Shown here piece after piece: positions 13,829 to 26,478 of a stretch of 64,000 nucleotides of DNA. The notes under the pieces are model-generated. The model saw nothing but the letters and a program-made list of their open reading frames with translations. It did not search any database and had not been told where the DNA came from. Position 1 is the stretch's first letter; every line of letters starts with the position of its first letter. A program made the translations under genes and the position numbers. Where the stretch lies: the NCBI RefSeq assembly GCF_964355755.1, contig NC_092678.1:22647365-22711364 (forward strand). Reading direction: 5' to 3'. This DNA comes from Antedon mediterranea. Taxonomy: Eukaryota > Animalia > Echinodermata.

Positions 13829-14338
13829 CGTTCTTATCTAGTTCGAACATCTTAATGAATTCGTTTATGCTTTCTTCTGAGAGAATATTGTTATGTTCAA
13901 GATCTATGATCAAACTCCAGCTATCTTCATATCGTCTAAACATTGTTTCTTCATACATCTGACTTATCTCTTTTGTATTACTAGGTGACATACTGTTGCC
14001 AAGCTTCATTACCTTCTGTCTGTATTCACTAAATGCCACTCTTTCACCTGTTATTTGTCGTAACATTTTTAAGTCGCTATTTAGGTGTATTCGGTCCCAG
14101 ACTCCACCTTGTTTTGTTACAGTTATGGTATCGTATATAAGATTGGGATTGTTGTGATTCAGTCCTTGATAAGTATACAACAAGTTTAACAATTCCATCA
14201 TTGTAGAAGCTTTCTCTAGTTTTGATTTATCTGGCACCAAGTCTTCGTACAAAACTTTAATCATCTTGATTGAGCAATGTTGGTCAAACCAACTTGCCAC
14301 AGTATTTTTTAGCAGTATGAACTTACGTTCTGTTAAGC
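13829..14338 (-). CDS. Tandem death-effector-domain (DED-DED) exon of NLR-type gene A
   Basis: Bounded by TTTTCCAG| and |GTAAGT; 510 nt, phase 1-1. Clear paralogue of 41832-42389. DED-like pattern includes FSEYRQKVMKLG. Confidence 0.75.
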
Positions 14339-15460
14339 CTGGAAAAGTAAATCAAGGCATAAAATGTACTCGCATTCACTAAAACAAGGCCATATACATG
14401 GCTGAAGTCGCGTGCTCAAGTTAAAAAGATTGTATTTGACATCGTTACGTCATATTTTGCTTAAATTTAGTACACAACGAGCCGCTAAGCTAAAATTCCA
14501 AATTTTAGATTTATTAATTGGACCATCGGTCTTCGAGATATGGACTACTGAATTGTTCGCATTTTGCACAAAAGGTTACGACCTCAATATTTCAACTACA
14601 AATTAATAAGTTATCATTGCATATGAAATCAGAAACAGAATCTAAAAATACAGTAATCTTAGTAATTTGATAGATAGAACAAGAACATTCATTTCTAACA
14701 TACTTGAATTTAATCACTATAATAGGCCTTCATTTTTTTGTTGCCATATTTTTTAACGGGAAATACAATTTGGCATGCTATAACATACCCAACAATGTTT
14801 TCATATTTGTGAGAAAATGCTTTTCAAACTACTTCTCTACTGTGATAGTTTAATTTAATTTATTTTTAAAATGTGTTTTTTTTTAATGTTTTTTTTTAAA
14901 CTATTATTTATTTATTTCATGTTGTTGTTCTATCTATCAACTGTATTAGATTAGCAATTATGGCGCGGAACAATTCAATTCTAGAGATTGTTTATTTATG
15001 AAATGAATGCTATGCACCCTATTTTGTCATTTTTCACTTCTAACGTTTTCAACAAAAGTTTATAAAAAAATAAGATTGTTTGGTATTTTTGGCCTATATT
15101 TGGTGACCTTTAACCCCAAAATAAAGCAATAATGGACATTTTATTTTTACTGCCTAATATGGTTAATAACAGATACAAATTTCATGCAATTTCAAATCCA
15201 TTGTTTTTTTCTAGAAAAAAATAAAAGCAAATTTATCAAAACTGTTGTTTTTACTCATTTCAAATGAAATTTCATGGTTCTTCCAGTTTCCATGGTTAGA
15301 AGACACTATTAGAATTTACCAAATATAACATTATTAGTGGATTTATATAGTTTAAGATGTCTTCTTCCTAATACAATATTAAAAAGTTTGGATTGCCACA
15401 TTTGACCATTTTGGACTTTTGGCACACTTTGAATTGATTCTGGCCCACTGTGACACATTA

Positions 15461-16711
15461 GCCCCTTTCTCACAGAGCTGTGTGCCAGGAATGTTGCGGG
15501 AATATACCATTACCATGCCGGTATGGTTTTCTGTGACATGACCTGCTTTAGACCAAGTAATATTACTAGGGATATTCCCCGCAATGCGAGACGGGCATCC
15601 TGCGGGAACGCCGTTATATTTAATTCTTCGTCGGGGCTTTGACACCTTGCGCGGTCAAGTGTATCACTTTGGCGCCGATTCAATTCAATTGACAATAATA
15701 ATGTCGAACTGGAGGGATAATGAGATAAGAGAGCTCCTTAAAATAAGGGGACAAGAAGAAATTTGTAGACAAATGGATGGAACAATAAGGTCGGGAGCTG
15801 TTTACGTTAATATTGTTTGCAAGCTGGCTGTGGTTGGCGTAAAACGGACAAAAACAAGTCGTAAGCAAGCTGAAAACGTTAGGCCAGGTACCATGTCATT
15901 AAAAAACAAAAACAACAGGTCTGGGGAGCAAAGGCATACTTGGCCATATTATGATTTAATAACAATAATGGACGCCCTGAGCAATAACGAAAGAGACAAA
16001 AATCCTATATTTTACATTCGTGTGGCCATACGATGACGTCATAACTTCCGAGAGGAAAAAATTCTGCATGAATTTATATCTACAATTTATCTTCTTGCAT
16101 AATAAGTTAAAACAAATTGGGGTCACCTTTGATCCTGACGAGCTATAATAGATTCAAAATAGGCATAATTTTCTTCGTCGGGGCTTTGACACCTTGCGCG
16201 GTCAAGTGTATCACTTTGGCGCCGATTCAATTCAATTGACAATAATAATGTCGAACTGGAGGGATAATGAGATAAGAGAGCTCCTTAAAATAAGGGGACA
16301 AGAAGAAATTTGTAGACAAATGGATGGAACAATAAGGTCGGGAGCTGTTTACGTTAATATTGTTTGCAAGCTGGCTGTGGTTGGCGTAAAACGGACAAAA
16401 ACAAGTCGTAAGCAAGCTGAAAACGTTAGGCCAGGTACCATGTCATTAAAAAACAAAAACAACAGGTCTGGGGAGCAAAGGCATACTTGGCCATATTATG
16501 ATTTAATAACAATAATGGACGCCCTCAATAATTATTTTGTCAGACTTTTTATTGGCCGAATATGCCCGACTCCTTTCTCACAGAAAGCCAGTATATACCG
16601 GTTATATTTCCGGCACGATAGTCCGATGAGAATGGGTATATGCCGGTAACGATACCGGCACGACGCCAGCATCATACCGGTATATTGCAGGCACGTCTGT
16701 GAGAAAGGGGC
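15461..16711 (+). mobile_element. Non-autonomous PIF/Harbinger derivative carrying a duplicated Myb/SANT-like gene fragment
   Basis: TIRs GCCCCTTTCTCACAGA / TCTGTGAGAAAGGGGC. Internal peptide WRDNEIRELLKIRG..NNRSG..TWPYYD is trihelix Myb/SANT-like. Confidence 0.7.
15624..16525 (+). repeat. 355-bp direct duplication (15624-15978 / 16171-16525) separated by a 192-bp spacer
   Basis: The two copies give the same translation (ORFs 15584 and 16194). Confidence 0.9.
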
Positions 16712-16905
16712 TATACCTAACAGAAAACCATACCGGCATGGTAATATAATATTCCCCGTATATTCCCTGCACACAGTTCTGTGACGAATATAATGACAAA
16801 ATAATAATTATATAACTAAAAAGGTGCTCCTAACAAAGTGATTAATGTCGGCATTTATAATAAGAAACAATATTTTTGATGATTAAAAACCTTAAAGTGG
16901 CCTAC

Positions 16906-16921
16906 CTGATGCTTCCTCCAT
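16906..16921 (-). CDS. Putative first coding micro-exon of gene A (MEEAS)
   Basis: ATGGAGGAAGCATCAG|GTAGG is phase 1 and joins in frame to the 14338 exon. Analogous to 43688-43706. Confidence 0.5.
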
Positions 16922-17190
16922 TAGCCCCGGCTCTTGTTCAATTACACGACGTTTAAAATGTAGAATATTATTGATATTGTGAATTTTACTTCAAGAATTA
17001 CCGTTGAGACAAAAAACTATTCTGAATTTTATTCAGGGTACCGAATATGTTGACGTCGAGCAGAAGAATGTTGAGGACCTGTAGTAAGCATTTTTGAAGA
17101 CACACGTCACAATAACCATTGAGGTTCACTATACTATATCTATGCAATAACGCAAGTCATGTGTGACCGTCGTGGAGCCAAGAAGTACGT

Positions 17191-17555
17191 TATGGGCGGC
17201 CATTAGGGCCAAAATAGACAAACGTTGCCGTACGAACAATTCCGCTCCCATAAGGCAAACTAATGGCGTTAAAGACTTAATTCCTCGAGTGACAAACAAA
17301 TATTGCCGTACGGACACACAAACACACAGCCATATGAACAAATTGCCGTATGGTTAAATTGGCGTAAGGACAAACATTGGCGTAAGGACAAAAATTGGCG
17401 TAAGGAAAAAAATTGCCGAAAGTACAAAATTGCCGAAAGGACAAAATTGCCGAAAGGACAAAAATTGGCGTAAGGACATATAAAATATAAACGTTGAGGG
17501 CAGCATAGTATTTTAAAACCACGTGACTGAAACCACTCTGTGTCCAGTCCTGTTG
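17191..17555 (+). mobile_element. Unclassified non-autonomous DNA element with about 17-bp internal tandem repeats
   Basis: Terminus TATGGGCGGCCATTAGGGCC and an AAAATTGGCGTAAGGAC array. Inverted copy at 36275-36639; related termini at 55668-56020. Confidence 0.6.
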
Positions 17556-18065
17556 GTAAATAAAAACATAATCATGGAAGGCTTGTTTATCTTTTAAATC
17601 TGAGTGTAACTCAATTATGATTTTTAATATTATAGTGAAATTCGATCAATCAATCAATCCGCCGTTTTCTCACAAATACAGTATAAAATTCAAAAGATAA
17701 ATGCTGAGTAAACGGGACCAGTAGCCTGGGTGCAGTACAAATTTTGCGGGAAAAAAGTATAGGAAAATTTTTTGGGGGGTTTTCTGATAGAGTATAGCCT
17801 ACCATATAGAATGTCAGAAAAAAAATCCCCATCCCAGGGTCTTTGGCAAAATTTTGTACGGCACTTTTAAATTTTGGCCTAGCCTATATAACACACACAA
17901 ATGCCTATTAACACACACAAATACCTATATATAGGGGATAGGGAAAACCAACCACGTTTTTTTTTACTTGGAGTTGTGTTATGATGATTAAAATTAGCTG
18001 AGGCTTACTTTAATAACTACTTCTCATAGTAGTTGATAAATCGAGTCGATAACAATGACATCATC

Positions 18066-18703
18066 ATGGCAGAATCCAATATGGCGTCCAATTTGGCGGG
18101 AAAAACAGGGTATTGCTAACTTCCCGCAAACCAGTAGAAGAAAAGCAGGAAAACTACAGATTGTCATTGGATTTTGAAAGTGAACGCCTGGATAAGGTAG
18201 TCAAAGCTTCGGAAAACCTGAACAAATTTATCAAAGAATCAAACAAGAAAATGGCTGAAGTGGATGAAAATTACAAAAGAATAAAAAGTTTAGAGAATGA
18301 AGTACTTAGCCTAGAAAGATATACTAGGTCCTTCAACCTAAGGTTTGGTGGCATAGCCGAAAACCCAGAGGAGGTATGTACAATTACTATTGATAAAATA
18401 ATTTCCTCCCACTTCAAAAAACGGGTACCCATTGAAAATGCCCATCGAATAGGAAGAAAAGGACCCAAGCCAAGGCATATCATTGTGCGATTTCAAGCCC
18501 GACCAGATCGGACAGATATTCTAAAGATGGCTAGGAGTTGCCTTAAGGATAGCGATATTTTTGTCACTGATGATCTACCATATAAAGACTTAAACTCAAA
18601 AAAGCAATTTAAGGGTATTATGAAAACTGCTTATGAAAAAGGGGATCGTGTATTATTCAAGAAAGGGAGTCTATACATTAATGGAAAACTTTACAAGGAA
18701 TAA
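18066..18703 (+). pseudogene. L1 ORF1p-like protein (coiled coil, RRM, CTD); 5' part frameshifted or deleted
   Basis: ERYTRSFNLRFGG, ENAHRIG, KPRHIIVRF, DDLP, GSLYINGKLY. Confidence 0.8.
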
Positions 18704-18988
18704 ACATTGAATAAAGAGAAAAGAATATTTTGGATTTTGTATTGGGGGTGATTCTTTCCTTCTCATCCTGATGGACGGAAGTTTGTTCTAATCTAAACAT
18801 CTTATAATATGATGAGGCTTTATATTATTGTTGTTAAATGTCTTTTTTGCTTGTGTTTTTTTTATCAATTTTCCTAATGTATTAACCTTAGTCATAAAAC
18901 ATACTGTAAACTGTCGTTTGTGCACGCAGTCAGGTCTAACTTATTTCAGAATATTTTCATATGAAGTGGAGTCACTTTTTATTGGTAG

Positions 18989-21813
18989 ATGTTAAGTAAC
19001 ATTAAATGTATGTCTGCCAATTGCAGAGGCGCGCCTAGGCGATAAGAAAAAACGAAATGACGTTTTTAATTATTTGAGGGAGAAACACTTATCAATATAC
19101 TGTTTACAAGACGTTCATTGGTTAGAATCACAAACAACGCAAATAGAATCCGAGTGGGGACACAAATGTTTTATTAGCTATGGAAAATCAAATTCTAGGG
19201 GAGTCGCTATTCTGCTAAATAACAATTTCGAATACTCCATAAATGATGTTAAAAAAGATAACTATGGTAATTGGATCGCGATCAACATTAGAGTGAGAGA
19301 TATTGACTTAATAATAATGAATGTTTACGGACCTAATAAAGGTTATCCTTCTTTCTATCAGGAAGTTAAAAAAGTGATCGAATTATTCACTAGCCCTTAT
19401 ATTCTGATTTGCGGTGACTGGAATCTAGTTCAAATGAAAATCTAGACCTATTTAACTATCGACATGTAAATAATCCTAAAGCTAAAACAATTGTACAACA
19501 AATTATGCTAGACTTGGATCTATGTGACGTATGGAGAAAAAAAACCCAAACGAGAAGCGTGTTACAACCGTTAATGTAGAAAACGCCAGCTAATGTCGAA
19601 ACAACCGTTAATGTAGAACAACCCACCGCTTATGTAGTAAAACCTCCAGCTTATGTAGAAACACCAACAGATTATGTAGTAAATAAAAATCAACACCAGC
19701 TAATGTAGAAACAGTCAACAGCTTATGTAGTAACGAAAATTGCCTCCCAGCTTATGTAGTTACTATCGCCAGCTAATGTAGAAAATGTTATATATTTTAC
19801 AAAAATGTCTCATTTATGTGCAAATGCATCGATCTTGACTTAGCTATCAGTCTTTCCACCTCTCGTAATTAGCAACCAACTTTCTAAAACGACCACATAT
19901 CGTAACCAACCATCTCTGTTAAGGGACCGCTTCTCATAATCGACCACCTCTCGTAAGGGATCACCTCCTCTCATAAGGGACCACTTCTCATAATCGACCA
20001 CCTCTCTCATAAGCGACCACCTCTCGTAAATAACCACCTCTTTTAAGGGACCACGACCTCTTTCTCTCTTTTAAAGGACCACCTCTCTTAACGTCCCCAC
20101 CTCTCGTAAGTGACAACCTCTTTTAAAGGACCACCACCTCTATTAAGGGACCGCTTCTTATTGACCACTTCCGAGAGGTGGTCGATTATGATAAATGGTC
20201 CCTTAAAAGAGACGGTGGTCGTTCAATAGAGGTGACGGGAGATAGTCGATTATGAGAAGCGGTCCTTTAATAGAGAGAAAGAGGTCGTGGTCCCTTAAAA
20301 GAGGTGGTCATTTACGAGAGGTGTGGTCGTTAAGAGAGGTGGTCGCTTACGAGAGGTGGAAAGACTGATAGCTAAGTAAAGATCGATGCTTGCACATGAA
20401 TTATAGACATTTTTGTAAAATATATAACATTTTCTACATTAGCTGGCGATAGTAACTACATAAGCTGGGGGGAAATTTTCGTTACTACATAAGCTGTTGA
20501 CTGTTTCTACATTAGCTGGTGTTGATTTTTATTTACTACATAATCTGTTGGTGTTTCTACATAAGCTCGAGGTTTTACTAAGCGGTGGGTTGTTCTACAT
20601 TAACGGTTGTTTCGACATTAGCTGGCGTTTTCTACATTATAGCGGTTGTAACAAAGCGCTATACGTGGCGATCAAAAAATCCTTTTAAACAAGCAAGGCT
20701 TGATTACTTTTTGACCTCAAACAATTTATTGCACCTAGTGTCAAATGCAAACATCCTACCAAGTTATAAGTCTGATCACTCAATAGTGACAATAACACTT
20801 GATTTAAAAAGTATAGAAAGAGGAAAGGGGTTTTGGAAATTTAATAATTCACTTCTCCATGACCAAGATTATGTTACACTCATAAATGAAATTATAGAAA
20901 ATACGATTAAAAGCTATACCAACACCACACCTAAAGACCGAAAGAATAATAAGTTAAATCTAACTATAAATGACCAACTATTTTTTGAGGTGTTGCTTTG
21001 CAATATTCGTGGAGGTACAATAAAATATAGTTCAAGAAAAAATAAAGCCATTCGTAATGTGGAAAAAGAATTAATTAATAACATAGAAGAGATGGAAAAC
21101 GATCTCGCACAACAAACATTAGATATTACAGTCACAGAACACAGACTAAAAGAAATTGAACAAAAAAAAAAGCACGCCTAGAAGACATTCGAAACGAAAA
21201 GCTAAAGATGGCATTTATTAGATCTCGTGCTAAGTGGATAGAAGAGGCTGAAAAGCCAACCAAATTTTTCTTAGGTCTCGAGAAAACTAACTTTACGAAC
21301 AAATTAATAGACGAATTAATAGATGAAGAAAAAAAACTATATTGGACAATAAACTTATAATAAAGGAAGTTGAGCATTTTACAGTTCTTTATATAAAAAA
21401 AAGATATAGAGCAAATAGATTTAAACGTATTAATAAACAACCAGAACTTCGAAAAAGTTTCAGAAGAAGAATCTCAAAAGCTCGAGAGTGAATTGACCTT
21501 AGCTGAGCTTACAAATGCACTCAATAAAATGAAAAACAACAAATCACCTGGAACAGACGGCTTTACGTCTGAATTTTTAAAGATTTTTTGGGGGAAACTG
21601 GGTGCTCTACTTCTTCGTTCTTTGAAATATGGCTTTAAAACTTGTAACCTTTCAGTCAATCAAAAACAGGGAGCAATCACTCTAATCCCAAAGGCGAATA
21701 AATCAAGAAAAGATTTAAAAAATTGGCGTCCTATATCTTTATTAAATGTTGCTTACAAAATTGCTTCATCGGCCATAGCAGATAGGCTAAAATCTGTCCT
21801 TCCAAATATCATT
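18989..21813 (+). pseudogene. Tx1/L1 ORF2 with multiple frameshifts and a MITE insertion
   Basis: Begins MLSNIKCMSANCRG. Fragments at 19074-19445, 20659-21181 and 21493-21813. Confidence 0.88.
19560..20653. mobile_element. Fold-back element with TGT...ACA ends and a 5-bp TSD (Ginger2/TDD-like MITE)
   Basis: TSD AAGCG at 19555-19559 and 20654-20658. Ends TGTTACAACCG / CGGTTGTAACA. Almost wholly palindromic with tandem subrepeats. Host frame NEKR|YTW is restored on removal. Confidence 0.8.
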
Positions 21814-21980
21814 AGAGAGTTTACGAAACACGACGGTAGCTAGGACGACAACAGATTACCATGCGCGCTGACGCGTGAAATGCTGGTTGACGTCCCAGTT
21901 TAAAAAGTTCGTTTACGCGATACGCGATGGGACGACGACGTCGCGTCACGCTCGGCTTGATATGTTTGTAAACAATCATC

Positions 21981-24931
21981 ATGGCTTTCGTACAAGATGC
22001 ATTAAATATCGCACTTTATGAAGATATAATTGACCCTGAGGAATATTTGCTTTTATATAATCTTAATAAAACAAATAATTTAAATGTTCAGTACAATGAT
22101 TACAATAAATTTAATCTGGAATCTTACAATGACGACGAATGTAATGCGTTTTTCAGGTAAGTCCAGGGGGTAAGTCACCCACAAGCCAATCATTCATCAT
22201 GAACTAAGACTTAGTTAGGCAGTAGGGTAGGCTTTAGAGAAAGTAGTATTGTCTGGCATAATTATGAGCTAATCTTTTTGGCTAATTTATTGTCACCAAG
22301 TTGTTTTAATAAATTGTTGGTCTGTCTATAATACAGTATTTTTAATATTATTATAGGCCTAGGCGCAGCCTAGGCCTCTCCTATTCATGATTTATAGCCA
22401 ATATAGGCTACTTATTTATACTACTAGGGCTAGGCTAGGTATTCAACTTAGTTTAGTTACAGCACATGCTTTCAATTTTATTTAAAGATTTCGAAAAGAA
22501 GACATTTATCGACTGCAGAGAGCTCTACAGATAGAGGATGATGTTAAATGTGTTAACGGTCTTAAAGTTACTGGCATCGAAACTTTGTGCATTTTGCTGA
22601 AAAGGTTTGCATATCCATGCAAGTACATTGATATGGTGCCAATGTTTGCCAGGCCCATTCCCCAACTCTGCATGATAACGAATATGGCTCCGAATTACAT
22701 ATATAACGGATTCGAGCATCTGTTTAGCAATTGTTTTCGACAGCCTTGGCTATCACCTGGCAATATGGAACGTTTTTCTGCTGCAATCTATGATTCTGGT
22801 GCTGCGATTGACAATTGTTGGGGGTTCGTGGATGGGACGGTGCGTTCAATTTGTAGGCCTGGTGAACACCAAAGAATTGTATATAATGGCCATAAGCGTG
22901 TACATTCATTAAAATTTCAGTCAGTTGTCACGCCCATGGACTAATCGCAAACCTGTTCGGACCAATAGAGGGATGTCGCCATGATGCCTTCATGTTAAGA
23001 GAATCCAACTTATTACAACAGTTAGAACGTTATGCACGTTTTGTTTAATTCTGTATATCTATATATAAATTTACGTAAGGGCAAAATTTGGTAAATCGCG
23101 CCTTACTTTTAGAATTTTTACTCGATGGTATATAAAGTTGGTTCGTACTTTCGGTACTGATTTTAACCACCTGATGTAACCCTGTTTACTAATTAAATTA
23201 AGTTAGATAATTAGTTATTGACGATTAAAACGAATTTAGGTTCAACGATTTGTTATCCGATCGTGGTATACACTGTCTAATGGATGTCAATTTGAAAAAT
23301 ACCCGCCACAAAAATGCGAGGAGGCTTCGCATTTTCCTATCTCCTCCTACGATAATTGTTTTTAATAGCTGAAAACCGGTTGAACAGCTCGAGTACAGTA
23401 TCATAATGTTGAAGACAGGCCGATTTTCTTTAATAAATACTATTTTGATAGATTTAATATACGTTTATGCAAATGTATTGATTTGAAATGAATGGAACAT
23501 TCCAATCTCTGTTCCACAAGTGCCTATTCCCTCAGGCGTCGTAAAGGCAAGTACTGTATACCCATAACAGAAATTCGATCCATTTTTTTTCAATCTGTGC
23601 TGCAGAGGTTAGATATAGATTTGTTTTTAACGGATAATGAGCTAGCGTTTTCAGTCGCCGTATATTATGTACAAATCTTTATTATTGCAGTTAAACCACC
23701 CACGTGACATCATCACCCTTCCCTCACTGGCATGAGTAGCGTTGTAAAGCCAGATAGGCCTACGGTGCATCACATGCCCTAAACGCAGAACAACTTTGGT
23801 GGGTAGGGTTAGGAACCAACTTAAGTATGAATTGACTCTAAGAAACAATTGAAAACCATTAGGCCTACTAATTAAGTTGAGTTAGATAATTTAATATTAT
23901 TGACGATTAAATCGAATTTATGATTTGCCACGAATAGGGGTGGTTTTCACAAATTGTTTTACATTATATAAACATATTATGCACGTCGTAGTGATGTATC
24001 GTTACATGTACTATACTATTTCAATCGACTAGGACGGTGATAGTTTCAACAAAGTATTACATCGCAATGTTTTACTGTGTTTAGTGGTATATTATTTGTA
24101 AAACATGAAAACAATTAATATTTCGTTACTACATGGATAAAGAATATATTAAAAAATTGTTCCTCTTTGCACCCATCCTCTTTCCCATCCCTCAACCCTA
24201 ATGTTACATACAAAACACAAATTAAGTTTCTATAAATTTGACTTAAACAATTGGTCTCATTTTGTGACAAGTTTCTCTTTCGAAAGTAATTCCCAGGGTG
24301 CTAATTTTAGTTCAGTACATAAATCACAGTGTCTATTTATTCGTTCCTGTAAACGACATGTATTATTGTCCTGCGGTACGTACATTTGAAATCGCCAGTT
24401 TTTTAACGCTAAAATTACTATGTATTCGAGAACCATCTGTGGGCACGACCTAGATGGTACGCGAGCGAAGCGAGCGTACCATCTAGTTTTGTATAATGTA
24501 TTTAACTACTCAGTTCGCAATTCAGTTTATACTGCCATGAATTGTTTTATGTATACTTGATGAATAAAAGATACCGAAATATAAATGCCGTACGGCTAAA
24601 TGGAGATCCTCTCTGCATTTATGGAGACCCGGCTTATCCCCTTCGTGTCCATTTACAGGCTCCTTTTAAAGGAAACTTGACACAAGGTCAACAGGATTTT
24701 AACAGATCCATGAGCCAGGCTAGGGTGTCTGTTGAATGGCTATTCAGAGATATCATAGAAAATTGGAAATTTGTGGACTTCAAGAAAACCCAAAAAATAG
24801 GCTTAAGTGCAATTGGGAAGATCTATGTAGTTTGTTGTCTGTTAACAAATGCTCACACGTGTCTTTATGGCAATATTACATCCAAAACCTTTAAATTAGA
24901 TCCGCCTGCCCTTGAGGAATATTTCCGATAA
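21981..24931 (+). pseudogene. Harbinger-type DDE transposase (HARBI1-like), spliced and disrupted
   Basis: Exon 1 at 21981-22156, GT-AG intron, exon 2 from 22488. Motifs GFVDGT, YNGHKRVH, RHDA, YGDPAYP, RVSVEWLF. Frameshift near 22940 and a Helitron insertion. Confidence 0.88.
23058..24486 (+). mobile_element. Non-autonomous Helitron, family A, full length
   Basis: A|TCTATATATA at the 5' end; hairpin-CTAG|T at the 3' end. Confidence 0.9.
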
Positions 24932-25679
24932 ATTATACAGGCAATACAAGTAATTATAAAATAAATCATTTTACACCTTTTTAAAAGTTAATAATTTTAA
25001 TACAGTAATACATTGGATCATATTTATACAATCAGATTGATACACGTAAGTTAGGTATACTGTAAAGTCTCAGGGCAATTTTATTTATAGTAGTACTGTA
25101 AATGAACTCAACTGTTTAAACTTTATATTGAACATTAAAATATATTAATGTTACTACAGAATACATAAGCATATTTACTTTAAAATTTGTTGATATTGCA
25201 TTGTTTTTAATATTGCACAATTATTAATTACCTTATATGTACACTTTAAAGGACTTAGCAAGTAATCTTTTAATGGTTTTAAGTTAGATGGGAGACCACC
25301 TTTATCAAAAACAGAGAGGGCTATAGAAGAAACCTAAAAAAACAATTTCTTATCCCTATTTATATGCCTAGTGTGTAAACATTATTGACATAATTTCATT
25401 AAACATCCACATACAGTACAACTCTTCTTAACAATTTTTTCAATCTTCTATCAACTAAAAGTCGTAGTTAGTCATGCCTCGAGTCACATTATATGGTCAC
25501 CGTAAAGGTAGGCTACTACATAAGTAGTACTTATATGAATGGATGACTAGTCGGTGACAATAACGCTAGTTGGTCATACCCAGTACCGTTTTGATTTTAC
25601 GATCATTCGGGAAACCACCTCACGACCTCTTCACCTGCAGCTCGTGCTGTGGCTGCATCACCACTCTCTGATCTTATGT

Positions 25680-26008
25680 TTAAGGCATTTTACTCCTGAC
25701 TTCACTTAGCAAATCTTCTATTGCAGCTTCTGTTTCTGATAATGCTGATGGAGCGATACCAGACCCTCTTATCTCATTATTCAATTTTGCCTTCAACTTG
25801 TCCTTTAATAGATTCCATCTATCCCTTACATTTCTTCCATCTAAGTTAAAGTCGAAAGATGGTGAAAGATTGCCTGCAATGTCTTTCCATACTTTTCCGC
25901 GTTGCTGCGTTATTTCTCTGTACTGGAAAGGATCCAATGTAATCATTTCCTTCACTAACTGGTCATCCTTTTCTGGAGACCACTTCTTAGTTGGAGATAT
26001 TTTTTTTG
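25680..26008 (-). pseudogene. Harbinger accessory Myb/SANT-like DNA-binding gene (exon)
   Basis: KKWSPEKDDQLVKEM..WKDIAGNL..VRDRWNLL..RGSG after a TTTTAG acceptor. Confidence 0.75.
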
Positions 26009-26017
26009 CTAAAATAG

Positions 26018-26455
26018 TTTAGTAATTGTCGGCGCAACGGTAAAATAAAACAACTACTAAATGTATACAGTAAACTATGCAATTTATTCCAAGTGAATCA
26101 AGTGAGGATTCTCAATAAATAGATAAAATATACAATATACAATGTTTGATAAGACAGAGCAATAAACGGTGTAGCTAAGATGCTGGTTGAGAAAAGAGTG
26201 TGTTAATAATGTGGTCAGTGCATGGTAATATTGGGCTTGGCCCATCTCATCTGACCAATTAGGATTAAGAGAATTAATGTGGTTTTCTGTTAGAGTCATT
26301 AACATTCTTAAAATCCATTAGCTAGAAAAGTGAAGGTAACAGGAAGGTAACCTGTCAATGTGAGGTTAAATAAAGAGATATATAGAGGATGTATAAATAA
26401 TCAAATTAAAAGTAAATGTTGAATTGTTTAAAAGCTATGTGGTAGGTCTGCTACA
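26018..26455 (-). repeat. 3' LTR
   Basis: No differences seen against 30686-31123. Confidence 0.95.
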
Positions 26456-26478
26456 GGAGCCCCCTTCCAGTGAAAGAA

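Larger units (their letters stand above)
18060..21813 (+). mobile_element. Tx1/L1-clade LINE, 3'-truncated at the Harbinger element
   Basis: ORF1 followed by ORF2 with an L1-type APE (SRGVAIL, GDWN, RLDYFL, SDH, KGFWKFN) and the start of RT (KSPGTDG, WRPISLLN). Confidence 0.9.

Noticed and set aside
17340-17480. Short regularly spaced repeats that might suggest a CRISPR array (also 19560-19790, 33320-33450, 36370-36480)
   Set aside because: No unique spacers and no cas genes; eukaryotic context; these are tandem subrepeats inside transposons.
26084-26305. Identical 73-aa ORFs at 26084 and 30752
   Set aside because: Chance ORF within the two LTR copies.
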